A DNA stretch of 64,000 nucleotides from Thermoproteota archaeon (GCA_016882195.1 VGLU01000002.1:43884-107883); one strand, 5' to 3'; shown: positions 1 through 9,620, counted from the stretch's first letter. Numbers and translations: made by a program. The notes: a model not told the origin generated them from the letters alone.

Positions 1-416
1 TCGAAGGCACCCTCAGTCTCCCAGTGAACCAATATGTCCCTTGCGCGATCAATGACCTTTCGCCTCTTCTCCTCACGTACGTCCTCGATCTTCTTCACGA
101 AGACTCTAGCCGTACAAGGCCCTACTTTGTCAATGGTTTCAATGGCAGCGGCGACTATCGCGGTCTCGACTCTGTCAAGGCTTGATGGTATGATCATCTC
201 ACCAAAGGACTTGCCGGATTTTGACTCCAAGTCAACCTGTATCCTGCCGATCCTTCCGCTCTTCTGAAGTTCTCTCAGGTCAAGCTCCTCGCCCAATAGG
301 CCCTCGGTTTGACCGAATATTGCCCCGATCACATCGGGTTTATCTACAACACCATCTATCTCTATGCCACCGTAGATAGTGTACTTTGCAGTGGTTGGCG
401 TACCGCCCATATTCAT
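1..416 (-). CDS. dnaG: DnaG-type archaeal primase, N-terminal part. The gene continues beyond the window start.
   Basis: Minus-strand translation from ATG at 414-416 gives MNMGGTPTTAKYTIYGGIEIDGVVDKPDVIGAIFGQTEGLLGEELDLRELQKSGRIGRIQV..., matching the conserved archaeal DnaG N-terminus (DVIGAIFGQTEGL...DLRELQ..GRIGRI). The frame stays open to position 1. Confidence 0.6.
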   Translation of the reverse strand, partial: MNMGGTPTTAKYTIYGGIEIDGVVDKPDVIGAIFGQTEGLLGEELDLRELQKSGRIGRIQVDLESKSGKSFGEMIIPSSLDRVETAIVAAAIETIDKVGPCTARVFVKKIEDVREEKRRKVIDRARDILVHWETEGAF

Positions 417-564
417 CACCTAGAGGTTTCTTTAGGCCCCCAGAGGCCCATGGGCGACGCTTTTTATTCTTGTTTCAAGATGATTTAACATAGTAAACAT
501 AACACCTCATTCTTATCGCAATTTTTGCTTGAGTGAGTTAAAAAATCTTAACTTAAAAACCTTC

Positions 565-1662
565 CTATTGTTTCTTAGTAGAGGTCTCAAGACTCTCGAG
601 CAGATTATTGGCTTCCGGCACTTTTTGGAAGTACTTCCGCACCGGAGCAAGTAGCGAGGATATTCCATCGAATACGGCGTTCTTGAGATCAAGAGGGTGT
701 ATGCTCCCTTGTTGATAGGCGCTCAACAGCTCTGAAGGAGAGGTAAAGGCCACGTCACCCCCGTATTTTGGCGACCTCTTTATCGTGAAGCCCTTCTCGT
801 ACATCAGTACATAGTGTGCCAGATCCAAGATCGGATTTCCTTGTACCTCCTTGGGAGGGCAGTATGCAGAACTCAACTTGCTTTTGATCTGTTCAGCAGG
901 TTCATGAATGAAGATACAGGTCTCTGGTCTTGACTTACTCATCTTGTAGTCGATCATTGTCGCGTCCATTTCCCCTTGAACATCCATTCTGCCAGCACCT
1001 TGGAGGCTAGAAAGGAGTGGGGTGTGAACCGCCACCGGTTTCTTATAGCCATAGACTCCCGCAACCTCGCGCGCAAGTACGTGTGCCCTCCTCTGATCCA
1101 TACCACCAAGACAGAAGTCAAGATCCAAGTAGAAGATATCCTCCACCTGCATACATGGGTAGATGAGCTTCGAGAAGTCTACCAGTGTGTCGTCCTCTTT
1201 CCTGCCCATTATCGTTACGGCCCGTTTTATTCTTGAGAGAGACAGGCTTTTGGCTATCCTGAGAAGGCCCTCCCAGTAAGCCTTTTTGTTGATCATTTCA
1301 TCTGCCTTGATTATCGTGACTCGTGATAGGTCTACACCCAGAGCCTTCAAGCAGTGCTCGAGGTAGCTCGAACACAACTGGATCTTCGCCATGTCCCCTC
1401 CAAATTTGTCATTTATCCAGGCATGCCACGTGGCCTCCAGAAGCGTCATCTTCACGCCCGCTTCCATAAGATCCTTGAACTTGTTTACCCATATGATCCA
1501 ACCTAGGTGGAAGAGCCCTGACGGCTCGACCCCTATGTAGCCCTTCGGAGAGGACGTTCTCTGGAAGATCGCCTCTGCGTCCTCCTTAGTGATGACCTCT
1601 AACGTGTTTCTGGTAACCAGGTTCACTCTCTTAGTTACGTCCATTTCAAACACCCTCATCAT
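565..1662 (-). CDS. tyrS: Tyrosyl-tRNA synthetase. The ORF extends to 1782, but the start matching archaeal TyrRS is the ATG at 1660-1662.
   Basis: KMSKS motif. The C-terminal AYCPPKEVQGNPILDLAHYVLMYEKGFTIKRSPKYGGDV...HPLDLKNAV aligns with archaeal TyrRS. The N-terminal MMRVFEM...IGVEPSG...HLG carries the HIGH-region equivalent. Confidence 0.75.
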   Translation of the reverse strand: MMRVFEMDVTKRVNLVTRNTLEVITKEDAEAIFQRTSSPKGYIGVEPSGLFHLGWIIWVNKFKDLMEAGVKMTLLEATWHAWINDKFGGDMAKIQLCSSYLEHCLKALGVDLSRVTIIKADEMINKKAYWEGLLRIAKSLSLSRIKRAVTIMGRKEDDTLVDFSKLIYPCMQVEDIFYLDLDFCLGGMDQRRAHVLAREVAGVYGYKKPVAVHTPLLSSLQGAGRMDVQGEMDATMIDYKMSKSRPETCIFIHEPAEQIKSKLSSAYCPPKEVQGNPILDLAHYVLMYEKGFTIKRSPKYGGDVAFTSPSELLSAYQQGSIHPLDLKNAVFDGISSLLAPVRKYFQKVPEANNLLESLETSTKKQ

Positions 1663-1942
1663 AATTGGCAGACTACTGTGTAGCCCGAAGCTAACACCCG
1701 ACCTCACAGAGGGATCTTGCATCCCACTCGGACGGGCTCTCTCACAACGGGACGTATCCAGTAGCCTGCCATTGATTTTCATGGGTGCCCTCCTTATTTA
1801 ATTATTTGAACTGCAGGGCTGTTGCGGGTGTGGGTTAGGTCCTGTTCATCGCTGAGCAACGCTCGACTCACTGGACTCCTATTAACCCGCTATATCGCCC
1901 TACAGCGCTCAGCTCCCACTTCATCGCAATATAGGATCTGCA

Positions 1943-3622
1943 TCAACCTCGAAATAAACTTTCCAAGTGTGCTAGAGAGGATAGGTCGCACTCCATGGCC
2001 CCAACAGGGCAGGTCATGCCGAAGTTGACGAGCACCTGTGGCGAGATCTCCCCTATGGTCCCAATATACTTACCATCCATGATGATCTTGGCAGCCCTCC
2101 CCTGGATGAAGGGCTCCGCCGTGTAGGGTTCGAAGGAGACCTCCTTGGAGAGGTTCTTGAAGAGGGCAACGGCGACGGCTTGAATCTCCTCGAAACTTAC
2201 CTTGTGGTTGCTGATGGCGACCGAGAGGTGCGGCGAGGTCGGGGGCATGCCCTTCTCGACCCTTACGACGTCTCCATACTCGAAGACCTTCTGGGGATAG
2301 CTGTAGTGGGTGTTGTTACCAAGAAACTGCAGAAGCTTGGGCATTAGGGCGTCCCTTAGAACTGAGAACTCCGAGGATACGGGCCGGATTATCTCGACCA
2401 GAGGTCGTGTGTGCATGAGGGGCTTCTCCTCCAGCACTTCCCTGCTGCTGAGGATGTATGTTGTCACCTCTTGGAAGCCCATCCCCACCATCAGGTCTCT
2501 TATTCTCGATCTCAACCTGCTTCCTGTAAGCGGTCTGCCCATAGTTACGACCTGTGGCAGTTCAGGCACCATGCGATTCAGGCCGTAGGCCATCACAATG
2601 TCCTCGACCAAATCCACTTCGTGGAGAATGTCGAGCCTGTAAGGCGGTATGGTGACCTCGAGGGCGTCGCGTCCGACGGCCTCTGATTGTAAGCCCATAC
2701 GGCTTAGGAGGGAGGAAACCTCTCGGGGCGTGAGGTCTAACCCGGACACTGTGGCGACGGCGGAGTAGGGCAACCTCTTCTTGGTCTTCTCTAGCTTGGG
2801 CGTCTTGTCAGTTCGTTGCTTGTAGACAACATAGACCTGTTGGAGGCTACCGCCCCTCTCAAGAATGGATGTTGCTATGATGTTTAAGCAGGTGTTGATT
2901 GCCTTCTCCTCCGTGCCTGTGACGTCTATGAGCAGGTTTCTGGTTTTCTCAGTAATCTTAGTTGCCTCGCTGTTAATGATGGGTGGCATTGAGAGCACCT
3001 TTCTCCTGGAGTCCAAGAGCAGCGGGTATCTGTCGTAGCCGGAGATTATCCATCCATACTCCCTGCCCTTTTGGGTGTCGGCCAGTATTCTTCTGCCGTT
3101 CATCTCCTCAGAAGACTCAAGAGGGACGAAGGAGATCTCCTCTGGAGGGGGGGCGGTATAGGTAAAATCTGGGGTTACCGTGTCAAGATCGTAGACGCCA
3201 ATGGAGGCCTTCTTTCTGTTTGAGGCGTAGGTCGTGTGGAGCTTCTCCTGAAGCTGCATAATCTGCTTCATTCCCTCCTCGTCAAGGGAGATGCCACGAA
3301 TAGCCGCTGCAACAATGTAGGGGCGGACCTTCGAGGTGGGCTGCTCCACATGAAGTTTGAGGGGGGCCAGTTTGGAGTACTTTACATCGTAAACGGAGCC
3401 CCTGCTACGGTAGTAGCGGATGCCCCTCGCTATGCCCTCTGCGCTGAAGAGATCAGGCCTGTCAGACGTTACCTCGACGGTGATCTCATCGTTGGTGACG
3501 GTCTCGGGCTCGCACTTGAGAGAGGAGAGGGTCTCCTGTAGCGCTTCCTTCTCAATGGGGAACCCGATGAGCCTCTCTAGGTCTTTGACGTTCAGAACGA
3601 TTGTCGGCAATTCTACCGCCAC
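1943..3622 (-). CDS. pheT: Phenylalanyl-tRNA synthetase beta subunit, archaeal type.
   Basis: 559 aa, overlaps pheS by 10 nt. B3/4 and B5-like regions. Typical archaeal pheST operon order. Confidence 0.85.
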   Translation of the reverse strand: MAVELPTIVLNVKDLERLIGFPIEKEALQETLSSLKCEPETVTNDEITVEVTSDRPDLFSAEGIARGIRYYRSRGSVYDVKYSKLAPLKLHVEQPTSKVRPYIVAAAIRGISLDEEGMKQIMQLQEKLHTTYASNRKKASIGVYDLDTVTPDFTYTAPPPEEISFVPLESSEEMNGRRILADTQKGREYGWIISGYDRYPLLLDSRRKVLSMPPIINSEATKITEKTRNLLIDVTGTEEKAINTCLNIIATSILERGGSLQQVYVVYKQRTDKTPKLEKTKKRLPYSAVATVSGLDLTPREVSSLLSRMGLQSEAVGRDALEVTIPPYRLDILHEVDLVEDIVMAYGLNRMVPELPQVVTMGRPLTGSRLRSRIRDLMVGMGFQEVTTYILSSREVLEEKPLMHTRPLVEIIRPVSSEFSVLRDALMPKLLQFLGNNTHYSYPQKVFEYGDVVRVEKGMPPTSPHLSVAISNHKVSFEEIQAVAVALFKNLSKEVSFEPYTAEPFIQGRAAKIIMDGKYIGTIGEISPQVLVNFGMTCPVGAMECDLSSLAHLESLFRG

Positions 3623-5085
3623 CCCTTCTCCCTGAGGGATTCAAGATTGGAAGTGTGTAGTTCCCTGATGTCGTCGATCCCAAGGCGTATCATTGCGAGC
3701 CGGTCTATGCCGAAAGCCCATGCCAACACCGGGAATTTTACTCCCAGCGGCTCAAGAACCTCTGGTCTGAAGAGGCCCGATCCGAGGCACTCGATCCAAC
3801 CCAACTTGTGGTGTTTCGCGTAGGCCTCTATGCTTGGCTCGGTGAAGGGGAAGTATCCTGGCGTGAATTTTATGTCCTTGAATCCCAGCTGCATGGCGAA
3901 CTCCTTGAGAGTCCAGAGCAGGTGCCTAACGTTCATGTTGCGGTCGCCTATTATTCCATCCAACTGGCAGAACTCCACCATGTGTCTGGAGTCTATGACG
4001 TCTGGTCTGAAGTTCTTTGAGAGACAGAAGGCCTTTACCGGTGGAGTCTTATGGGTTGAGAGGTGCCGTACGGAGACGGCCGTGGTCTGGGTCCTCAAGA
4101 TTGGTCGCTTGGCGATCTCGATGTTCCAGCGGTAGCCCCACCCCTTGGAACCGGTCCTTCCACCATACTCGTGGGCTGCCTTCACGCCCTTTATGACCTC
4201 TTCGGGGGCGTCTATGTGAGGCTCGACCCCCTTTATCTGGAAGCTGTCATGTATGGCTCTTGCAGGGTGATCTTGGGCCTGAAAAAGAGCATCAAAGTTC
4301 CAGAACTCACTCTCCGCATATGGTCCCGATGCCTCTTCGAACCCCATGGCGATGAGTATCTCCTTAACCTCTTCCAGAAATTCAAGGTACGGGTGTTTTT
4401 TGCCGATCTTCAGAGATGGCGGGGAGGCCGTGACATCGTATGGGCTGAGAGTGGTCTTACGCCACCTCCCACTCTTGATAATGTCCGAGGTTAGAACGTT
4501 CGAGACGACACCGCCAGATGGCCTGATGCCCCTGATCATCTCGACTATTAGCTGCTTGGTCTCCTTTAGAGTTACGAGACCTCTCTCCTCCAACACAGAT
4601 ACTAGTTCTAGTTCCTTAGGAGTTAGGGCTGACTTTTCACCGTCTTTGCTCAATTTTTTGATCGTATCATCAAGTTCAATATTCACAGTCCTCTTGAGAA
4701 CTATCAGTGGGGGAGTTCCCCGTTTCTCGATCGCAATCGCACCTGCTTTTCGACCCCATCCCAGAGCTGCCGAGATCTCCGTTGGTTTGAGCGCAGTTTT
4801 GAGCGCATCCATGGGGGCTGTGCCTCCTTTGGAGGACAGGAGGCGCAACAGGCGTGTCTCTGGCATTCCATGTTTAGCGCAATATGCGCCTTCTTCGGTA
4901 AGCTCGAACTTTTCTTTTAGGATCTCGGTAGTCTTTACATAGCCTTTTTCTGCAAGTAAGCTAGATAACGGGAATATGGAACTCACGGGCTGTTTGAGGC
5001 CTGATGCGAGAGAGGAGGCCTCTGCTTTTCCACCCAATTTCTCCAGATATTTTAGCAATAAGGCCTCAGACTGACTTAGGGGCAT
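3613..5085 (-). CDS. pheS: Phenylalanyl-tRNA synthetase alpha subunit, archaeal type.
   Basis: 490 aa. Class II aaRS catalytic core with FRPEV..PFTEPS motifs. N-terminal winged-helix repeats. Confidence 0.85.
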   Translation of the reverse strand: MPLSQSEALLLKYLEKLGGKAEASSLASGLKQPVSSIFPLSSLLAEKGYVKTTEILKEKFELTEEGAYCAKHGMPETRLLRLLSSKGGTAPMDALKTALKPTEISAALGWGRKAGAIAIEKRGTPPLIVLKRTVNIELDDTIKKLSKDGEKSALTPKELELVSVLEERGLVTLKETKQLIVEMIRGIRPSGGVVSNVLTSDIIKSGRWRKTTLSPYDVTASPPSLKIGKKHPYLEFLEEVKEILIAMGFEEASGPYAESEFWNFDALFQAQDHPARAIHDSFQIKGVEPHIDAPEEVIKGVKAAHEYGGRTGSKGWGYRWNIEIAKRPILRTQTTAVSVRHLSTHKTPPVKAFCLSKNFRPDVIDSRHMVEFCQLDGIIGDRNMNVRHLLWTLKEFAMQLGFKDIKFTPGYFPFTEPSIEAYAKHHKLGWIECLGSGLFRPEVLEPLGVKFPVLAWAFGIDRLAMIRLGIDDIRELHTSNLESLREKGWR

Positions 5086-5122
5086 TGGAAATTCCTCCCG
5101 ATTCAGATTTGAATTTCTGTAA

Positions 5123-5593
5123 TCAAGAGCTTATTAGATTACCCTTCTCGTCTATTTCTTTATTTCTTATCCTTGTAGAAGAGATCGGTCGTCCATCTGA
5201 TGCCAGTATATGGTCTATGACATGGACGGTCATTTGAGGTACACCTTTAACGGCTCGCATTCTGTTTGCCTCTTCGGCCCGCGGAAGGGTCTCCTTGCTT
5301 ACAACTATCCCTTTGATGGTCGGATCCCTTACGATCGGACCATAGGGATCCTCCAGTATGAGCAAGGAGGATCTGCCGATCAGTTCGTTTTCAATTAGGA
5401 AGTCCTTGAGTTTGTTCAACCTCGTCTCCAACGGCTGAATTCCAGACTTCCCTGACCGTCTCAAGAATTCGTCAGAGGTGATGCCGATGACGACCCTTTC
5501 GCCGTACTGAAACGCCTTTAAAATTAGGGATTCATGCCCTTTATGAAAGTGATCGAAGGTTCCGCCGATGGCCACGACTCTATGTGGTTTCAT
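5123..5593 (-). CDS. coaD: Phosphopantetheine adenylyltransferase, archaeal cytidylyltransferase-like type.
   Basis: 156 aa. Nucleotidyltransferase HxGH motif (GGTFDHFHKGH). Size and pattern match archaeal PPAT. Confidence 0.6.
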   Translation of the reverse strand: MKPHRVVAIGGTFDHFHKGHESLILKAFQYGERVVIGITSDEFLRRSGKSGIQPLETRLNKLKDFLIENELIGRSSLLILEDPYGPIVRDPTIKGIVVSKETLPRAEEANRMRAVKGVPQMTVHVIDHILASDGRPISSTRIRNKEIDEKGNLISS

Positions 5594-5608
5594 CTTCGGT
5601 CAGTTCTA

Positions 5609-5998
5609 TTACTTTTTCAGCGGAACGGCATAGATGGCGCGGATGTACGAGTTTCCGGGGCATTTCTTGCATTGACCAAGTTCTTTGAAGATGTAGTCAC
5701 CCAGGGTGAACGCCCTCTCTTCTCTAAAATCACAGCCCCCGCAGCCGATAACTGTAATGACGTTCTCGGTGGACTCCTCCGGCTTCTGCGCCCTTCTGCC
5801 ACCAAAGAAGTATATCCCCCAAGAGGCGATCAGCAATGCCAGGCCGGCGACCATCAACTCCGTGCTGTAGGCAGAGAGCGGATCCACAAATGTGGCAAAC
5901 ACGAATAGTGTGAAGGCACCCAACGTGAGCGCTATTGAGATTATCGCAAACCTCGATTGACGCTGTTTAGACATTGCCATTACCTCGCTATTGCCCAA
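5609..5998 (-). CDS. Small membrane protein with C-terminal Cys-rich (zinc-ribbon-like) tail.
   Basis: Two predicted TM helices followed by CGGCDF...CKKCPG. Confidence 0.4.
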   Translation of the reverse strand: MGNSEVMAMSKQRQSRFAIISIALTLGAFTLFVFATFVDPLSAYSTELMVAGLALLIASWGIYFFGGRRAQKPEESTENVITVIGCGGCDFREERAFTLGDYIFKELGQCKKCPGNSYIRAIYAVPLKK

Positions 5999-7112
5999 CC
6001 CCTATGGTATTACCTATGCCAGCGACTATCACCACGTCGCCTTCCTTAGTCCTCTCCAAGATCGCCTTCTTGATCCTTTCAACTATCACGTCGGATGCCT
6101 CAACCACCTCCTTCCGTATTGTCGTCAAGGCCTCCTCAAGGTCCATCTTGCATATTATGGCATCCACGGGGATCTTGTACTTCGTGGCGACGTCCTCTAT
6201 CTTGAACTTCTCAGGACCGGGGTCGCCTATGGCAGCACCGATGCCCTCGACAACCTCACCAGTCTTCTCTCCCTCAAGCTTGGCCGCAGCATCGATCATG
6301 AATATCCTCGCAACTTTTCCTCCTAGATTTTCAACCAACTGCTTCACCGCCTCGCCGGGTTTTCCGACCACGCCGCCTGGACCTTCAGCCTTCAATACAA
6401 CGACTTTTCTATTTGAGAGGTCTAATTCGGCGTATACAACTTCCTCAGCTATCTGTTTCTTGGGCTGTCCCAACATCAGTTTGGAGGCAACCAGCGCACC
6501 TAGTCCGTCGCCAATCGGCTTACCAGCAGAGAAGGTCTTCTGCGCACTAAAGTATGCCTCTGCCATCTTCATGATCATGGGTAGCTGCATATCCAATTGA
6601 ACGAAGATCATGAGGCTCTTTGTTTTTTTACCTAGGAGCAGGTAGTGGCGTACGACTTTGAATATGAGGTTGAGGGCCATCGCCGCCTCAAGTATGTCCT
6701 CCGTATTGGCGGCGTCGGTCTTGCCCGCTTTAGGCGCAATCTGGGAGACAAAGGCCTTGAACCGGTCGCGCCTGTTGTCTAGAATGTGCTCAAGTCTGCC
6801 CAATACGCCAAAGGGGTCCCTATCAACAGGTTCAATTAAAAAGAAGTCTAGAAAGCCGGTAACCTGTGAGCGTATATCAACGTTCTCTTGGGCAAACTGC
6901 TTTATGCTATTAAGGGCATCCTCCCTGCTTTTGTCTGCCAAGAATTGTAGCCTTGCGGTGGCTTTTTCCACGTTCCTCTGGTAGGACCAGATCTGCATCC
7001 TCTGATTGAAGAGGATGATAATTGCAAAGAACGCTACCATCCATATAATATTAACAACGATAGAGGGCATATCGTTGCCCAGGGAGAAGAGCCCTTGACC
7101 AGCAGTAACCAC
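5988..7112 (-). CDS. DUF1512-like archaeal membrane-anchored protein.
   Basis: N-terminal TM helix plus a conserved C-terminal domain (GPGGVVGKPGE...IGDPGPEKF) typical of the archaeal DUF1512 family. Confidence 0.45.
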   Translation of the reverse strand: MVTAGQGLFSLGNDMPSIVVNIIWMVAFFAIIILFNQRMQIWSYQRNVEKATARLQFLADKSREDALNSIKQFAQENVDIRSQVTGFLDFFLIEPVDRDPFGVLGRLEHILDNRRDRFKAFVSQIAPKAGKTDAANTEDILEAAMALNLIFKVVRHYLLLGKKTKSLMIFVQLDMQLPMIMKMAEAYFSAQKTFSAGKPIGDGLGALVASKLMLGQPKKQIAEEVVYAELDLSNRKVVVLKAEGPGGVVGKPGEAVKQLVENLGGKVARIFMIDAAAKLEGEKTGEVVEGIGAAIGDPGPEKFKIEDVATKYKIPVDAIICKMDLEEALTTIRKEVVEASDVIVERIKKAILERTKEGDVVIVAGIGNTIGVGQ

Positions 7113-7351
7113 GCTAATTCACCACAATGACGTTCAAGAGAATAAACAACCAAGATATATTTATTTCTAATATCGAGGGTTTAAGTGGCCGCCAGCTTCC
7201 ATGGCTTCCCGGACCCTCTCGGCGTCCAGTACAACCACAGACGTTTGGTGGTTTAACTGCCGTGTTCGGAATGGGAACGGGTGGTTCCCACCAACTTTGG
7301 CCGGCGTACCGCTATATAAGAAAAAGTTTTGGTTTTTAAAGTTTGCTATCC

Positions 7352-7597
7352 TTATTGTTCCATAACGATCATAGTCATTGTGGATCTTACTTTGTCCAAC
7401 TGTCGGATCTTCTTCGTCACCATCTCTCGTAGTTTCTCGAGGGTGTCGGACTCCAGCATGACTATAATATCGTAGACGCCGTAAACCATGTATGCCTGCT
7501 TAACCTCTGGAGTCTTCTTGATATTTTCCAAGACCTCTTTGTCGGTTCCGGCCTCCACATTTACCAAAACGAACGCAAGCGGCATTATACCACCCAT
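7352..7597 (-). CDS. Stand-alone Lrp/AsnC C-terminal (RAM) ligand-binding domain protein.
   Basis: 81 aa. FVLVNVEAG...VYGVYDIIV pattern of the AsnC C-terminal domain, with no HTH. Confidence 0.6.
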   Translation of the reverse strand: MGGIMPLAFVLVNVEAGTDKEVLENIKKTPEVKQAYMVYGVYDIIVMLESDTLEKLREMVTKKIRQLDKVRSTMTMIVMEQ

Positions 7598-7684
7598 ATT
7601 AGATTACTGTTAATTTGACTTATAACTTTGTCTTAGGTTTTAGACAGCGTTCTTTCTATAGTAATGGATTGGTTCAAAGGATAG

Positions 7685-7852
7685 TGGGGCTGAGGGGACT
7701 TGAACCCCTGACATGCGGGTAACCCCGCTCTAGCAGCTCCAGAAGACAATCATCCCACAAGGGTCAAACTGTCTTGCTAGACCTCTGGAGCCCTTGGCGA
7801 GGTGGAGGAGATCCTGCCACCTTGCCGTCATACCGTGCTAGACCACAGCCCC
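7685..7852 (-). tRNA. tRNA gene with about 90 nt of intronic insertions (168 nt total), probably a type-II tRNA (Leu or Ser). Isotype not resolved.
   Basis: Minus strand reads GGGGCTGTG...AGGGGTTCAAGTCCCCTCAGCCCCA. The 7-bp acceptor stem (GGGGCTG/CAGCCCC) is perfect, the T-arm is canonical and the discriminator is A. GCGGGGTTACCCGC is a variable-arm-like hairpin. Long internal helices (GGCAAGGTGG/CCACCTCGCC, GCTCCAGA/TCTGGAGC) and a duplicated GGTCTAGCA suggest introns. Confidence 0.5.
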
Positions 7853-7916
7853 ACCAACCTCAAAAGGAGAGGTCGGAATTATATAAAGTTTTTATGATAT
7901 GATTGCAGACATGGGA

Positions 7917-8004
7917 AGCCCCAGGCGGGGTTTGAACCCGCGACCACCGCCTATTTGGGAAGACCTTACCAAGGCGGTGCTCTACCAGGCTGAGCCACTG
8001 GGGC
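7917..8004 (-). tRNA. tRNA-Thr (anticodon GGT) with a roughly 14-nt canonical intron.
   Basis: GCCCCAG-TG-GCTCAGCCTGGTAGAGC-A-CCGCC-TTGGTA[AGGTCTTCCCAAAT]A-GGCGG-TGGTC-GCGGGTTCAAACCCCGC-CTGGGGC-T. The intron lies between positions 37 and 38. Confidence 0.8.
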
Positions 8005-8128
8005 TTGTGGTATCTACCGAGAGAGATGGTTAATTAATTTTTTTATCCTAATATTGTGCGGAAGCGGATTTGCCCTTCCATAAATTGTTAACGGAGTTAT
8101 CTTATATTCTAGAAAACAGCAGTGATAA

Positions 8129-8959
8129 TTGGGTGGGGGTATGTCCAAAACGCTTAGGGAGGAGTTTCCTAGCATTATTGATGTGTTTTATCAAGACTTC
8201 CAAAAACATAAGCATGTGTCAGAAATAATGAGCAAGGAAGTTGCGATGATAGAGGAAAATGCCACAATGCTGAATGCGGCAAAGATCATGGGCAAACGGC
8301 ACATAGGTAGTCTGCTTGTAAAGGGACCAGAGAGGCCAGCAGGCATAGTGACGGAGAGGGATCTTTTAACTCGCGTAATAGCGGCTAATAAGGACCCGAA
8401 GAAGGTCAAGGTATTTGCTGTGATGTCACCACGACTCATTACAATAAAGCCGCAGGCGACCATCAGGGAGGCGGCGAGAACCATGATTAAGGAGAAGGGT
8501 AGGCTGGTGGTCATGGAGGAAAGGAAGTTAGCAGGCATAGTGACCGCATCGGATTTGATAAGATCATTACCAGAGGCCCCAGAAACCTCAACGGTGGTTA
8601 GTAAGTTTATGACTAGGCAGGTGGAAAGCACAACCCCAAACGCCAAGGTCTTGGATATAGCCAAAAAAATGGGAAAGAAAAGGATAGGCTCGGTAATAGT
8701 CAACAAGGAAGGGAAACCTTGGGGAATCTTCACCGAGAGAGACCTTCTGACCAAGGTCATCTACATGGGCGGGAGTCTTGACGAAGTCGTTGAGAAGTAC
8801 TCTTCAACACCGTTAATCGCGATAGAACCGGATTACAGCATCCACAAGGCAGCAAAAACGATGGCCGCGAAGCACGTCAGAAGGCTGCCAGTCTTTGAGG
8901 GAAATAAACTCGCAGGAATAATAACCGCCAGGGATCTCGTAGAGGCCTACGCCTTATAG
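8129..8959 (+). CDS. CBS-domain protein with four CBS domains.
   Basis: 276 aa with repeated CBS signatures (GIVTERDLL, GIVTASDLI, GIFTERDLL, GIITARDLV). Confidence 0.8.
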   Translation: MGGGMSKTLREEFPSIIDVFYQDFQKHKHVSEIMSKEVAMIEENATMLNAAKIMGKRHIGSLLVKGPERPAGIVTERDLLTRVIAANKDPKKVKVFAVMSPRLITIKPQATIREAARTMIKEKGRLVVMEERKLAGIVTASDLIRSLPEAPETSTVVSKFMTRQVESTTPNAKVLDIAKKMGKKRIGSVIVNKEGKPWGIFTERDLLTKVIYMGGSLDEVVEKYSSTPLIAIEPDYSIHKAAKTMAAKHVRRLPVFEGNKLAGIITARDLVEAYAL

Positions 8960-9040
8960 GCAACGCCAAGAAGGCCGGCATAAAAAAGATCACGGTTTTT
9001 CAATTCTAGTTCTTATCTATAATGAATGCTTTCAATAAAA

Positions 9041-9168
9041 TGGTGCGGGGGGTGGGATTTGAACCCACGAAGGCCTTCGCCACAGGATACCCTATCCCAA
9101 GCCGGGATCTTAAGTCTGGCACACGATGAACGTGTCCTGCCCCGTTGTCCTGACTTGGGGACCCCCGC
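9041..9168 (-). tRNA. tRNA-Leu (anticodon TAA) with two predicted roughly 20-nt introns flanking the anticodon loop. CCA is encoded.
   Basis: GCGGGGG-TC-CCC-AAGTCAGGACAAC-GGG-G-CAGGA[CACGTTCATCGTGTGCCAGA]CTTAAG[ATCCCGGCTTGGGATAGGGT]A-TCCTG-TGGCGAAGGCCTTC-GTGGGTTCAAATCCCAC-CCCCCGC-A-CCA. The 88-nt mature tRNA plus 40 nt of intron equals the observed 128 nt. The Leu-type variable arm has a GAAG loop and the discriminator is A73. Confidence 0.7.
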
Positions 9169-9254
9169 ATCGATGATTACTAATTAGCAGTAATATTTAG
9201 ATTTATTCGAAGTTATCGAAATATTTATTGGTGGAAGGATTGTGTTTGCAGATG

Positions 9255-9332
9255 GGGTCCGTGGCGCAGACTGGATAGCGCGTCGGCCTTCTAAGTCGAT
9301 GGTCGAGGGTTCGAATCCCTCCGGACCCGCCA
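9255..9332 (+). tRNA. tRNA-Arg (anticodon TCT), CCA encoded, no intron.
   Basis: GGGTCCG-TG-GCGCAGACTGGATAGCGC-G-TCGGC-CTTCTAA-GTCGA-TGGTC-GAGGGTTCGAATCCCTC-CGGACCC-G-CCA. Confidence 0.85.
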
Positions 9333-9398
9333 TTGGATCATTCATCTTTTAAACCCAAAGCAACAAATCATGCAACAACTTTATAGGCGTGGCTCGTC

Positions 9399-9620
9399 AT
9401 GTTAGGCGCATTAATAATGATGATGGAGGGAAGAATTACGCCAGAATGGAAGAATCAAAAAGCCCCACAGGCGGCAGAGGCAACGCCATCGATAAAGAAC
9501 CTGACTTGTAAGGGTTGCGGGTTGTTTACCGCCATGGGCAAGAGCGGTCAAGGTTACTGCAGGAAGCTGGCTTCGAAGAAGAGCACCTCCAGCAAAGCCT
9601 GCAACTTGTTCAGGAAGTAA
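9399..9620 (+). CDS. Small Cys-containing hypothetical protein (CxxC...C...C).
   Basis: 73-aa ORF. The antisense 73-aa ORF at 9411..9632 is less protein-like. Confidence 0.25.
   Translation: MLGALIMMMEGRITPEWKNQKAPQAAEATPSIKNLTCKGCGLFTAMGKSGQGYCRKLASKKSTSSKACNLFRK

Noticed and set aside
34-267. 77-aa plus-strand ORF at the window start
   Set aside because: It is antisense to the well-supported dnaG N-terminal coding region (minus strand 1-416). Its composition is not protein-like.
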